A stretch of 37,988 bases of DNA from positions 1 through 37,988 of the IMG/VR virus record IMGVR_UViG_2737471821_000001. One strand, written 5' to 3'. A program made the position numbers and the translations under genes. This DNA is from a virus. Taxonomy: Duplodnaviria > Heunggongvirae > Uroviricota > Caudoviricetes. The notes under the pieces are model-generated. The model worked only from the letters and a program-made list of their open reading frames with translations. It searched no databases and was not told the origin of the DNA. Positions 8,779 through 17,352 of the stretch are shown here, piece after piece (position 1 is the first letter of the stretch; each line of letters begins with the position of its first letter).

Positions 8779-8805
8779 ACCCGCCATTGAGCGGGTTTTG
8801 TTGTT
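8779..8805 (+). terminator. intrinsic terminator downstream of the Q-like gene (tR'-like)
   Basis: ACCCGC-CATTGA-GCGGGT hairpin followed by TTTGTTGTT. Confidence 0.55.
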
Positions 8806-9141
8806 ATGTTTAACCATCTACGGGAGAGCTGGCGCTCTACTGACTGGTATTTTGATAACGAAATCTTAAATATTTTATATTGTGATTGTTAGTTGTCTAA
8901 ATTTTATGTATGTTAAGCGGCACAGGATTCCTCCTGCGACGAAGTTTTAGTGGAATCATTATTTACTTTTCTTATGCCAGCCTTTCCTTGAGGTTGGTTT
9001 TTTTATACCTGAAAAAGCAGGTTGGTACGTTAAACTTTATGATGGCTATGCAATTTTAGTTTCTCCTTTCCTGAACCCTCTTGACTACATGGAATTTTCT
9101 TTGTTATGTAAAGCGAGTTAATGTTGTTAAGTTGTTAGAGG

Positions 9142-9861
9142 ATGATTATGGGTGACAGTACTCTGCTCAGGAATTCTTCACTTTTTGTTGCTTACATGGG
9201 GTGTCTTGGGTGGGGAAGTGCTTATTTCTATGGCTGGGGTACTTCCTTTTACTATGGCTTTCCATGGTGGGTTGTCGGGGCCGGTGTTGATGATGTGGCC
9301 AGAAGCCTGTTTTATGCTGTCACAGTTATCGTTATATTCTTGGCTGGATGGGGGATCGGTATTGTCTTCTTTCTGGGGATCAAACAAAAAAATAATATGA
9401 AGGATTTGAGTGCTGTCAGGCTTTTTCTTGCGATATTGTTGCTTTTTGTTCCTCCGGCTCTGGAGTTTTCGGTAATTCATCAGCACTTTGTACCAGATGC
9501 ATTGGTTTTATGCGCTATTGTGGCATTAATAATTACCATGTTCGTCAGAACGGGCAGGAAGTTTATTTACGTTAAATGTATTTCTGAAGTGTCTTTTATT
9601 CGGCATCACAAGATTGAGTGTGTTATGGCCGGATTCATGCTCTATTTCTGGTTGTTTTCGCTTATTGCTGGATGGTACAAACCTCAGTTTAAGAAGGAGT
9701 ATCAGACACTTCACTATGAGAGCGTTTGGTATTACGTTCTTGCTCGCTATGGTGATCGCTTGGTTTTATCAAAATCGTACAGGCACGGTAGTACGAATTT
9801 CGTTATACTTAATAGCGCACATACAGATGAATTTGAAATTAATATAGTCAAAGTGCGCTAA
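9142..9861 (+). CDS. integral membrane protein, cargo (moron) gene
   Basis: 239-aa ORF in an AT-rich island between the Q-like gene and the tRNA genes. Several hydrophobic segments and an aromatic/Gly-rich N-terminus (GWGSAYFYGWGTSFYYGFPWW). GAGG RBS. Confidence 0.55.
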   Translation: MIMGDSTLLRNSSLFVAYMGCLGWGSAYFYGWGTSFYYGFPWWVVGAGVDDVARSLFYAVTVIVIFLAGWGIGIVFFLGIKQKNNMKDLSAVRLFLAILLLFVPPALEFSVIHQHFVPDALVLCAIVALIITMFVRTGRKFIYVKCISEVSFIRHHKIECVMAGFMLYFWLFSLIAGWYKPQFKKEYQTLHYESVWYYVLARYGDRLVLSKSYRHGSTNFVILNSAHTDEFEINIVKVR

Positions 9862-10001
9862 AACATTATGAGTAACCGGGATATAGACTTTTCTGCTTGT
9901 TGTTCAGATATTTTTACTTGATTGTAGCTGACATACAAGATTTAAACGGTTGTGTTGGGTGGATTACAGCGCTAAACTGATTCAGTCAATATTTTTCAAT
10001 C

Positions 10002-10077
10002 GGCCCTTTAGCTCAGTGGTGAGAGCGAGCGACTCATAATCGCCAGGTCGCTGGTTCAAATCCAGCAAGGGCCACCA
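10002..10077 (+). tRNA. tRNA with CAU anticodon (Ile2/lysidine-type or Met; ileZ-like)
   Basis: Cloverleaf folded by hand: acceptor GGCCCTT/AAGGGCC, D-arm GCTC..GAGC, anticodon loop CTCATAA, T-arm GCTGG-TTCAAAT-CCAGC, encoded CCA. Confidence 0.8.
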
Positions 10078-10079
10078 TT

Positions 10080-10156
10080 CCGCCACTAGCTCATCGGGAT
10101 AGAGCATCAACCTTCTAAGTTGATTGTGCGAGGTTCGAGTCCTCGGTGGCGGACCA
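10080..10156 (+). tRNA. tRNA-Arg (UCU anticodon; argN/argO-like)
   Basis: Acceptor CCGCCAC/GTGGCGG, anticodon loop CTTCTAA, T-arm CGAGG-TTCGAGT-CCTCG, encoded CCA. Starts 3 nt after the previous tRNA. Confidence 0.7.
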
Positions 10157-10676
10157 TTCCATGCAAGTTTAGCTGGCAGCGCTATTAGCTCGGCGTAATA
10201 GGGCTATTCGTTAGGCTCTGTTAGTTCACCATATTTCGTCAAAACTTTTCTTTTCAACGCTACAGTTAACATTAATCATTACAAAAACTACTGTTGATGT
10301 AAGTCTTGTGAACTGTTATTTCTGAAGAGCTTACTGTGATTTATTGCGACAACGGAGTTAGCGTACTCCCAATTTGTTCATTTTTATGTTGTTTTTTTTC
10401 GCAATTTCCTGTGAGAAATCAGAAGTCTGGATGAAATAACATAAATTGTATGCGTCTGATACATATTTATACATATGTTTAAATATGAAAACTAATTAGT
10501 TTTTGATGTCATATAAATTATCGGTAATATTACTCTCGACCCGAAAGGCAGCAAGTTTCTGTTCACAGGGGTGTTACCCGCTGTCTTGCGGGTCATTGCT
10601 GGCATCCGTTTAATCATAATGAAGGGCTGTTATCAGTATCAGTGTCATTATTGTGGTTACGGAGGCCTGCTCTATA

Positions 10677-10747
10677 TGCAGGTATCGTATAGTGGTTATT
10701 ACATCAGCCTTAGGTTGGTAATGCCGGTTCGATTCCTGTTCTCCGCA
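10677..10747 (+). pseudogene. degenerate tRNA-like element related to the tRNA-Gly copy at 11461
   Basis: D-arm (ATCGTATAGTGGTTATTAC) and T-loop (GGTTCGATTCC) are conserved, but the anticodon stem cannot pair and the acceptor stem has mismatches. Confidence 0.4.
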
Positions 10748-11107
10748 ACTTCATTGTTTTTTGGACAAGTTTTTACAGCACTGGCGGTTTTCGTGAGGAA
10801 CAGATCTCTTTAATACCTTTATCGTCCCTCATTCTGTAATGGAGATCGGTTACAGACTCAGTGCTGTATTTTTTATGACACAGAAATGGCGCATTGCCCA
10901 CGAAAGGAAGCAGGATTTAGCGTGGAGTAACCAGTGATGCGCCATCTCTGTGTCGGAAAACATGAATTGGGGCGTTCCTCAGTGCGAGGGTGGTTTATAG
11001 AGTCGGTTTAGCGGGAAACCACAGTATCCACGTAAAGTGGAATACTTCGGGAGGCACCCGATGCCCCAAACCCAATAATCATTATAATATTGTGTCCTTT
11101 TATCGTT

Positions 11108-11175
11108 TTAGCCGCCGCCCCGGGCGGTTTTTTTATTCAGTTTTTATGGCTCGCCCTGGCGGGCCTTTTTCATTG
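11108..11175 (+). repeat. copy 1 of a ~65-bp terminator-containing direct repeat
   Basis: GCCGCCCCGGGCGGTTTTTTTATTCAGTTTTTATGGCTCGCCCTGGCGGGCCTTTTTCAT, two hairpin/T-run units; near-identical copy at 11780..11845. Confidence 0.6.
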
Positions 11176-11460
11176 TGTGCCGGAATTCTCAGCTGCCGGT
11201 GGGTGGTGATCAGACGGCAAAAGAGATAACTAAAGATTTTTAATTCGGTTATGATATGGCTTGTATATTTATGATACATATGTATACATATTTTCAAAAA
11301 TAAAAACCAAATATATTTTGGATATCTGAAAAACAGTTGTTAGTATTTTTGCGTCTGGAAGGTGTTTATCTTTTATGTTAGCAGGGGTGCTGTTTGCCAC
11401 CGGAAAGACCAGTGCGGGCTCTCTTGGTAATTCGTGTTATTCCGGGGGCCAGCACAGTAT

Positions 11461-11533
<73 letters not shown>

Positions 11534-11779
11534 AACAGTAACTAAGGCGAGATTGTGTTAGGCACTGACATAATATATGTAGGGTGTTTTTTATGGTTCC
11601 TTGCGCCCCCTGTTCTGTAATGAGTGATATTCGTTGCGGTTCCAGTGCCATTTTTTACACCATCGGAATAATGCATTATTAGCAAATATTTTTACTACTT
11701 TAAATGCATTATTCTGATGTTGTAAACATCGACAAAAACAAAACTGTGATTGGTCATATACTAAGCCAAGCCCGGAAAT

Positions 11780-11845
11780 ACATCCTTAACCGCCGCACCT
11801 GGCGGTTTTTTTTTATTCAGTTTTTTATGGCTCGCTCCGGCGGGC
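11780..11845 (+). repeat. copy 2 of the ~65-bp terminator-containing direct repeat
   Basis: CCGCCGCACCTGGCGGTTTTTTTTTATTCAGTTTTTTATGGCTCGCTCCGGCGGGCCTTTTTCAT, compare 11108..11175. Confidence 0.6.
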
Positions 11846-11937
11846 CTTTTTCATATCCGCGCCACGCCCGGCGCACATCACATCAGATAACACCACACAA
11901 AAGGCATCTGCGGGTGCCTTTGACAGGGTGTTTTTAC

Positions 11938-11960
11938 GGGCCGCTGGCGGCCCTTTTTTA
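11938..11960 (+). terminator. intrinsic terminator
   Basis: GGGCCGC-TGG-CGGCCC hairpin followed by TTTTTTATTT, immediately upstream of the holin-like gene. Confidence 0.55.
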
Positions 11961-11978
11961 TTTGTGGGAGGAAAAAGC

Positions 11979-12350
11979 ATGTCTGAACCCTTATCCGGTT
12001 CCGGTACGGCTGCGGCGCTCGGTGGGGCGACGGTATTTGGACTGTTTACCGGAACGGATTTCGGGATTGTGTTTGGTGCATTCGCCGGGGCGTTGTTTGT
12101 GGCGACGATACCCCAGCAGATTTCTGTCTGGCGTGTGGCGGCGCATTTTCTGGTGTCGTTTATCGTTGGCGTGCTGGGGGCGGATGTCATGGCGTCTTAT
12201 CTGGTCGAAAAACTGGGGCTACACAGCACATCTCTCGACGCGCTTTGCGCGGTACTGGTATCGGTGATTTCGGTGAAGATTCTGTCGTTCATCCACCAGC
12301 AGGATATTGCATCACTGGTATCGCAAACCATCCTGACGACGCAGTTCTGA
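11979..12350 (+). CDS. putative holin / small membrane protein
   Basis: 123-aa protein with Gly-rich hydrophobic helices (GGATVFGLFTGTDFGIVFGAFAGALFVA); GGGAGGA RBS. First gene of the late region, where lysis genes usually sit. Confidence 0.4.
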   Translation: MSEPLSGSGTAAALGGATVFGLFTGTDFGIVFGAFAGALFVATIPQQISVWRVAAHFLVSFIVGVLGADVMASYLVEKLGLHSTSLDALCAVLVSVISVKILSFIHQQDIASLVSQTILTTQF

Positions 12351-12388
12351 CGGAGGAGGACTTTAAATCGCGGATCGTCGGTAGCGTC

Positions 12389-13363
12389 ATGCTGCCGTAT
12401 ATCCGGGGTGATGAGGTATGGGCGGTGTGCCGCGTTTACCTCCAGAGCATTGTTGAAGAAATCACTGAGGGGGATGTTTCGACAAGCCCGTCGGCGGTGT
12501 TCAACAGCACATCAGGAAATGTGGAAGTACAGGAAGGTGACACCAATTTTTTAATCGAAGGCGTTCCTTTCCTTGTTGATCACATCGCCCTGGTGACGAA
12601 AGACCACGGCTCGCTGGGCGTGTGGGATAAAGACCGGATCCCCGCAGGGGTTGAAGTGACAAATACAGGTGAAATTGAGATGGAAAAAGAAGAACTCCAG
12701 GCCCTGTTACAGGGGGTGGTGAACGATGCCATGAGCGGAATTAATCAGAAAATCGATGGAGTAGTCACGCGCATGGACTCACTGGAACAGCGGGACAAAG
12801 CGCGGGCGGATGCCGAAGAGCAGGCGAAAAAAGAGGCCGAAGAAAAGGCCAAAGCCGATGAAGCCGCAGAGGAACAGCGTAAAGCTGATGAAGCTGCGGC
12901 AAAGGAGGCGGAAGAAAAAGCCAAAGCTGACGAGGAGGCAGAAAAAGAACGCAATGACTCTGCCCTGGCCGAAGCACAGGCAAAAGCCGACTCCGCATTC
13001 AGTGCCTGCGGTAAAAACGCGCCAGCACCGTTTTCTGGAGAAAATGCGCTGGACTACCGCAAGCGTGCGCTTATCGCTATGCAGAAACACTCTCCGGCAC
13101 ATAAGGACGTCAATATTCGCGCGATTGCGGATTCTGCAACTCTGGCTGTGCTTGAGGACGCAATTTTCAGTGCCGCCCGTCAGTCCATCGAAAAAGAAAT
13201 GATGAGTACGCAGGGGCAACTGCATAAACGTATCCGCAACGATGAAGCCGGGCGTCGCATTACTGAATATCAGGGCGATCCGAACGTCTGGCTGAGTGCC
13301 TTCAAAATTCCGGGGCGTCGTCTGGCAAAAATTAACACTCAAGGGAGCCTGAACAATGGCTGA
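12389..13363 (+). CDS. putative head scaffold-like protein with coiled-coil repeat, possibly 5'-truncated
   Basis: First ATG with a plausible context; the reading frame stays open upstream to 12245, overlapping the holin-like gene. Central Ala/Glu/Lys-rich coiled-coil (EEQAKKEAEEKAKADEAAEEQRKADEAAAKEAEEKAKADEEAEKER). Lies upstream of the capsid-like gene. Confidence 0.4.
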   Translation: MLPYIRGDEVWAVCRVYLQSIVEEITEGDVSTSPSAVFNSTSGNVEVQEGDTNFLIEGVPFLVDHIALVTKDHGSLGVWDKDRIPAGVEVTNTGEIEMEKEELQALLQGVVNDAMSGINQKIDGVVTRMDSLEQRDKARADAEEQAKKEAEEKAKADEAAEEQRKADEAAAKEAEEKAKADEEAEKERNDSALAEAQAKADSAFSACGKNAPAPFSGENALDYRKRALIAMQKHSPAHKDVNIRAIADSATLAVLEDAIFSAARQSIEKEMMSTQGQLHKRIRNDEAGRRITEYQGDPNVWLSAFKIPGRRLAKINTQGSLNNG

Positions 13364-13973
13364 TATTAACTTTCATCCGTTTAAAAACCGTGGAGCATTT
13401 GGTGGCCTTTTTAACGTCGAATCCCGTGGGCTGATGCAGGGGGATGCGCAGGATGATCCGGCAATTCGTCTGCAACTTTGCTCCGGACGACTGGACAGCA
13501 AAATCAGTGAACCGGTATGGGGTGGTGTCGGTGTTATCGAGTGCATCGCTCCCGCGAAAGACAGCGTTAACGGGGCGGTTATCAAGCAGGCCACGAATGA
13601 CGCCTGTAACGCCTTTACTGTCTTTAATCAGGCATTTCATGGCATTACCACGCCGGATAATCCGGTGCCGTTATATCTCGCGGGTGGCTTTGTTCACTAT
13701 TACCGCGTCGGTTCAGGTGCCCGCATTCCTCTCCCTGTCAGTGCAGAAGTTGTTGCGCTGGCTGATGGAAATAACACCGTTGCTGCCTGTGGTTTTGTGT
13801 GGGATCTGACGAAAAACATGATTGATGTTTATTCGGGATCACCCGGCACTAATCCGAAAGTGGATATTAAGCTGCTGATGGTTTCAGTTGACGGAAACCT
13901 GACGGTGAAAAAAGAGGATGGCGGTAACGTTGTCTGGGAAATCGGCAAACCGTGCGGCCTGTTTTTAATTTAA
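13356..13973 (+). CDS. putative virion head protein (decoration/accessory-like)
   Basis: 205-aa ORF overlapping the upstream stop, between the scaffold-like and capsid-like genes. Confidence 0.4.
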   Translation: MADINFHPFKNRGAFGGLFNVESRGLMQGDAQDDPAIRLQLCSGRLDSKISEPVWGGVGVIECIAPAKDSVNGAVIKQATNDACNAFTVFNQAFHGITTPDNPVPLYLAGGFVHYYRVGSGARIPLPVSAEVVALADGNNTVAACGFVWDLTKNMIDVYSGSPGTNPKVDIKLLMVSVDGNLTVKKEDGGNVVWEIGKPCGLFLI

Positions 13974-13987
13974 GGGGATATTAATTA

Positions 13988-15016
13988 ATGAGCGCATTTA
14001 CTCCTGCGACTACTATTGTGTCGCCGTCAATGGTGCTGCCGGAAATGATCGTGCAACAGAGCATGGCTTCCGGGGCGTTTGAAGTCCTGGCTGGTGGTGC
14101 TCCGGCAGTAAAAATCAGTTCCAGTGATTTGATGGTCTATCAGAAATATCTGCGCATGACCTCGCAGGCGCAGGTCAGCCAGTCTCTGCCGGGCCAGTTA
14201 CCGTCTTCCAGTATCTCTGGTGGCTATGACGGGATGATGACTTATCGAATTTCTTCCCGCTCGCAATACAGCTATCTCGATACTGATGCAGCAGATCGCT
14301 GGGGCTATTCTCTGATTGAAGGCCTGCGCTTGGCTAACCGCCAGGGACACGCTCAAATGTTGCGTAATATGCTGCTGTACGGTGTTGAAGCGAAGAATAA
14401 CGAAGGGATCACCAACTCCCCGAATGCAGTGACGCTGAATCTGGGCAACGACAGCAAAGGTAACGATTCGTACACCACCTGGGATTCCGGCGAGATGGCT
14501 AAATTTATGCTTGGCCTGATTGCTGACCAGAAAACCCGCATGTTGCTGCTGGGGCAGCCATTAACGACTGTTATTCTGAGTCCACAGCGATTCATGAAGG
14601 CGCTGGAGTGGACAGGAATTGTTGAGCTGACCAGTTATCAGCGTCCTGGTGGTGGTACCGGAACGGTGGGAACGATGGTTAAAGATGTCGCCGATAAGGC
14701 GACAGGCGACGACATCATTTTCTGCCAGGACGACACGCTGATCGGTAAAGGCGCTGGTGGTAATGACCTGATCATCGTTACGAACCCGACGATTGAGGTT
14801 CCGGAAGCGCGTCATACCATTAACACCAATATTTTCTCCACGCTGGTTCCTAACCAGCAGGCCGTCAACGTGATGTTCTGTGATATGGCAGCGCCGACGG
14901 AAATACCATCCCCTATGCCGGATGGTGGCCTGACCACGTTGTATACCATGCGCGCGACGCCGGGCTGGAACTTCCGCCCTGAGGGGATCACCCTGTTGTC
15001 TGCCAAATACGCATAA
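13988..15016 (+). CDS. putative major capsid protein
   Basis: 342-aa ORF with AAGGGGA RBS, followed by a strong intrinsic terminator. Assignment by size and position after the scaffold-like gene; no family match could be made. Confidence 0.4.
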   Translation: MSAFTPATTIVSPSMVLPEMIVQQSMASGAFEVLAGGAPAVKISSSDLMVYQKYLRMTSQAQVSQSLPGQLPSSSISGGYDGMMTYRISSRSQYSYLDTDAADRWGYSLIEGLRLANRQGHAQMLRNMLLYGVEAKNNEGITNSPNAVTLNLGNDSKGNDSYTTWDSGEMAKFMLGLIADQKTRMLLLGQPLTTVILSPQRFMKALEWTGIVELTSYQRPGGGTGTVGTMVKDVADKATGDDIIFCQDDTLIGKGAGGNDLIIVTNPTIEVPEARHTINTNIFSTLVPNQQAVNVMFCDMAAPTEIPSPMPDGGLTTLYTMRATPGWNFRPEGITLLSAKYA

Positions 15017-15033
15017 ACGTTCAACCTGATAAC

Positions 15034-15060
15034 GCGGGGAGCTAAATGCTCCCCTTTTTT
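15034..15060 (+). terminator. intrinsic terminator after the capsid-like gene
   Basis: GCGGGGAGC-TAAAT-GCTCCCC hairpin followed by TTTTTT. Confidence 0.7.
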
Positions 15061-15073
15061 GTGGGAAAAATTT

Positions 15074-15544
15074 ATGAAGCTCTACATCGCTAACTGCTCA
15101 CGTCAGCCGCACACGTTCAACTACAAACTCCCCGAAAAAACGCAGTCGTTCGGTGTGACAATTCCGTCCGGACGTCAGCATATGATCGAAAATCAGTCCG
15201 ATATTATCGACCACATCATCCGACAGCATGAGCCTTACGGATTCCAGCGTTGTGACAAGGTGGACAAGAATTTTTCTGGTATCTGCTATTCCATCGATAA
15301 ACCTGTGAGCGTTGGTCGCATTGAGGATTGCGCGGAGCAGAAAACGGAAAATCTGGAATCCCTGTCAGAAGAAATTCTCGCAGCCAGCGCCGTATCGCTG
15401 AATAACGCAGTGGATCAGGCAGTGATTCAGAGTGGCGAAAAACCTCAACCAGGTGGTATTGAAATGGAAATCACCGGGGAAGCGGTTAACACCGAACAGG
15501 AAAATCCGCCCAGCACAAAGCGAAATATTAAGGTTAAAAAATAA
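15074..15544 (+). CDS. putative head-tail connector / virion protein
   Basis: ATG at 15074 (the track ORF begins at a TTG at 15059); operon-like packing with neighbours. Confidence 0.4.
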   Translation: MKLYIANCSRQPHTFNYKLPEKTQSFGVTIPSGRQHMIENQSDIIDHIIRQHEPYGFQRCDKVDKNFSGICYSIDKPVSVGRIEDCAEQKTENLESLSEEILAASAVSLNNAVDQAVIQSGEKPQPGGIEMEITGEAVNTEQENPPSTKRNIKVKK

Positions 15545-15984
15545 TGACCCTGCGTCCGTCACTGGAGGGGTTTATTCGCTTTGTTCGTGACGACATGAAA
15601 GTACCGGTTCACGCTATTGCTGACGATGATCCGACACTGGAATGTTGCTTTCAGTCTGCGATGGAGCTAATCCCTCACGATCAGGGGCTGGAGCGTTTAC
15701 CCATCATCTATGTGCGAACGGTTTATAACGCTGCCGCCTCATTTCTCCTGAATTTCGCTCCCGGCTCGTGGTTTGCCGACCTGAGAAAAAAACTCAACCT
15801 TGGGAAACTGGCTACCGGGCTTGTCAGCGCGGCAGCAGACCAGGGGACATCGGGTTCGATCACCATCAGCGACGCGCTGAGTAATCTGTCTTTGCTGGAT
15901 TTGCAGATGTTACAGGATCCGTATGGACGACAGGTTGTTGCGGTGCTGATGCAGATGGGCACGGTATGGGGTTACACGCCATGA
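15544..15984 (+). CDS. putative head-tail joining protein
   Basis: 146-aa ORF whose start overlaps the upstream stop. Confidence 0.4.
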   Translation: MTLRPSLEGFIRFVRDDMKVPVHAIADDDPTLECCFQSAMELIPHDQGLERLPIIYVRTVYNAAASFLLNFAPGSWFADLRKKLNLGKLATGLVSAAADQGTSGSITISDALSNLSLLDLQMLQDPYGRQVVAVLMQMGTVWGYTP

Positions 15985-16421
15985 AACTTTGTTTTGGGGT
16001 TATCGACCAGCCGTATGACTACGGCGACGAACCGGGAAAAACCACGTTTGACGTGGCCTGTGACCTCGAGGAGCGATACGAAATTTTTACGCACTTCTGG
16101 GAAATGCATAAGGACGAGATTATCCAGGAGGCAGGTACTGAACTGGCGTACCAGTTGGTCAATCACTTCAAGTATAAGGCTCCGCTACCTGGCGAGCATT
16201 TTCTGGAAGGGACCGGGAAGATTTTCCATATATTTCTTGAAACCGAAGAAATGGCCGGAATGACGATCAACGGAAATCAGGTCCCAACCCAGGCTGCGTT
16301 ACAGGGTGTTAACTCAAGGCTTAAGGACAAATATATCGGGGAGCGGCGCCCGTCATTCATAGATGGCGGCCTGTTTAAGGGCAGCTTTATAGCGTGGATA
16401 GATAACAATGCCGAGTCTTGA
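15981..16421 (+). CDS. putative tail completion / neck protein
   Basis: ATGA overlap with the upstream gene at 15981 (the track ORF begins at 15966). Confidence 0.4.
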   Translation: MKLCFGVIDQPYDYGDEPGKTTFDVACDLEERYEIFTHFWEMHKDEIIQEAGTELAYQLVNHFKYKAPLPGEHFLEGTGKIFHIFLETEEMAGMTINGNQVPTQAALQGVNSRLKDKYIGERRPSFIDGGLFKGSFIAWIDNNAES

Positions 16422-17352
16422 AGAATTAGCCGGACAGCACAGTTCGCAGCTCTCGTCCGTTCTTAAATCCGCAGTTGAAACCATCTCGTCAGACCAGGAA
16501 ATCACGTTCAGGCTCTATGTCCGGCAGGTTCTGCCGCTGGATGGTTTTGTCTATTGGGTTAATGCGGAAATCATCAGTTGCGATGAACTGTGTCGTCTGA
16601 ATATTGAGTCACCAACTCGTCTGAAAATCAAAGGCAGCCTGCATCGTCAGGTTATTGCGATTCAGGACGAGTCTGTCTCGAAGGATGTGAACAACATTAT
16701 TTTCACGCCTGTTCAGCAGGTTGATGATTTTAATGTGGAAAATCCCGATGCGATCTATCTCGGTGAGTACGGCGGCGTCCAGTTCGCTTTTTCTCGAATG
16801 GAGAGCCGCTATCAGCAGTCGGGTATTTTTCATTATCGCGGCATGGCGATTTTGCCAACCATGCGTTCCCAGATTATCGACTGCGAGGAGGATATCAGCG
16901 ACGAGCAGATCATATCCAACAGCATCCCGATCTGGCTGCAAATGAAAGATGCCGCGACCGTGTATCCGTCTTACCTGGTACCGCAGAACCTTCGCCCTCC
17001 GTATATCGCGGTGGATGTTCGCAACAGTATTCCTTTGCAGATGGCTCCCGTTGTTTTCGGTGGTGAGCGATTCCAGCTCGTCCAGGATTCGGTTCGCCTG
17101 ACGCTTTACGGATTCAGCAACAAAATGGCGCTGGATCTTGTCGACTCGGTGGTGAACAGGGCGCTGGAGGAGGAAAAGTTTGGTGTAACCAATATTCCGG
17201 TGGTTCAGGACGCAAAGTCGGGACAGGTTGAAATCAACGCTCTGGCGAAGAAAAAGATTGTCGATTTTGACGTGAATTACTACCAGAGCACCGCCCGGGA
17301 AATATCCCGGCAGTTGATTGAAAAAGTCATTTGTAAATATGAGGTTAAATAA
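16408..17352 (+). CDS. putative virion structural protein
   Basis: 314-aa ORF overlapping both neighbours, directly upstream of the sheath-like gene. Confidence 0.4.
   Translation: MPSLEELAGQHSSQLSSVLKSAVETISSDQEITFRLYVRQVLPLDGFVYWVNAEIISCDELCRLNIESPTRLKIKGSLHRQVIAIQDESVSKDVNNIIFTPVQQVDDFNVENPDAIYLGEYGGVQFAFSRMESRYQQSGIFHYRGMAILPTMRSQIIDCEEDISDEQIISNSIPIWLQMKDAATVYPSYLVPQNLRPPYIAVDVRNSIPLQMAPVVFGGERFQLVQDSVRLTLYGFSNKMALDLVDSVVNRALEEEKFGVTNIPVVQDAKSGQVEINALAKKKIVDFDVNYYQSTAREISRQLIEKVICKYEVK

Noticed and set aside
12745-13342. Several antisense and alternative-frame ORFs across the coiled-coil repeat region
   Set aside because: They are low-complexity translations of the GAA/GCC-rich repeat on the opposite strand or in shifted frames, with no RBS.
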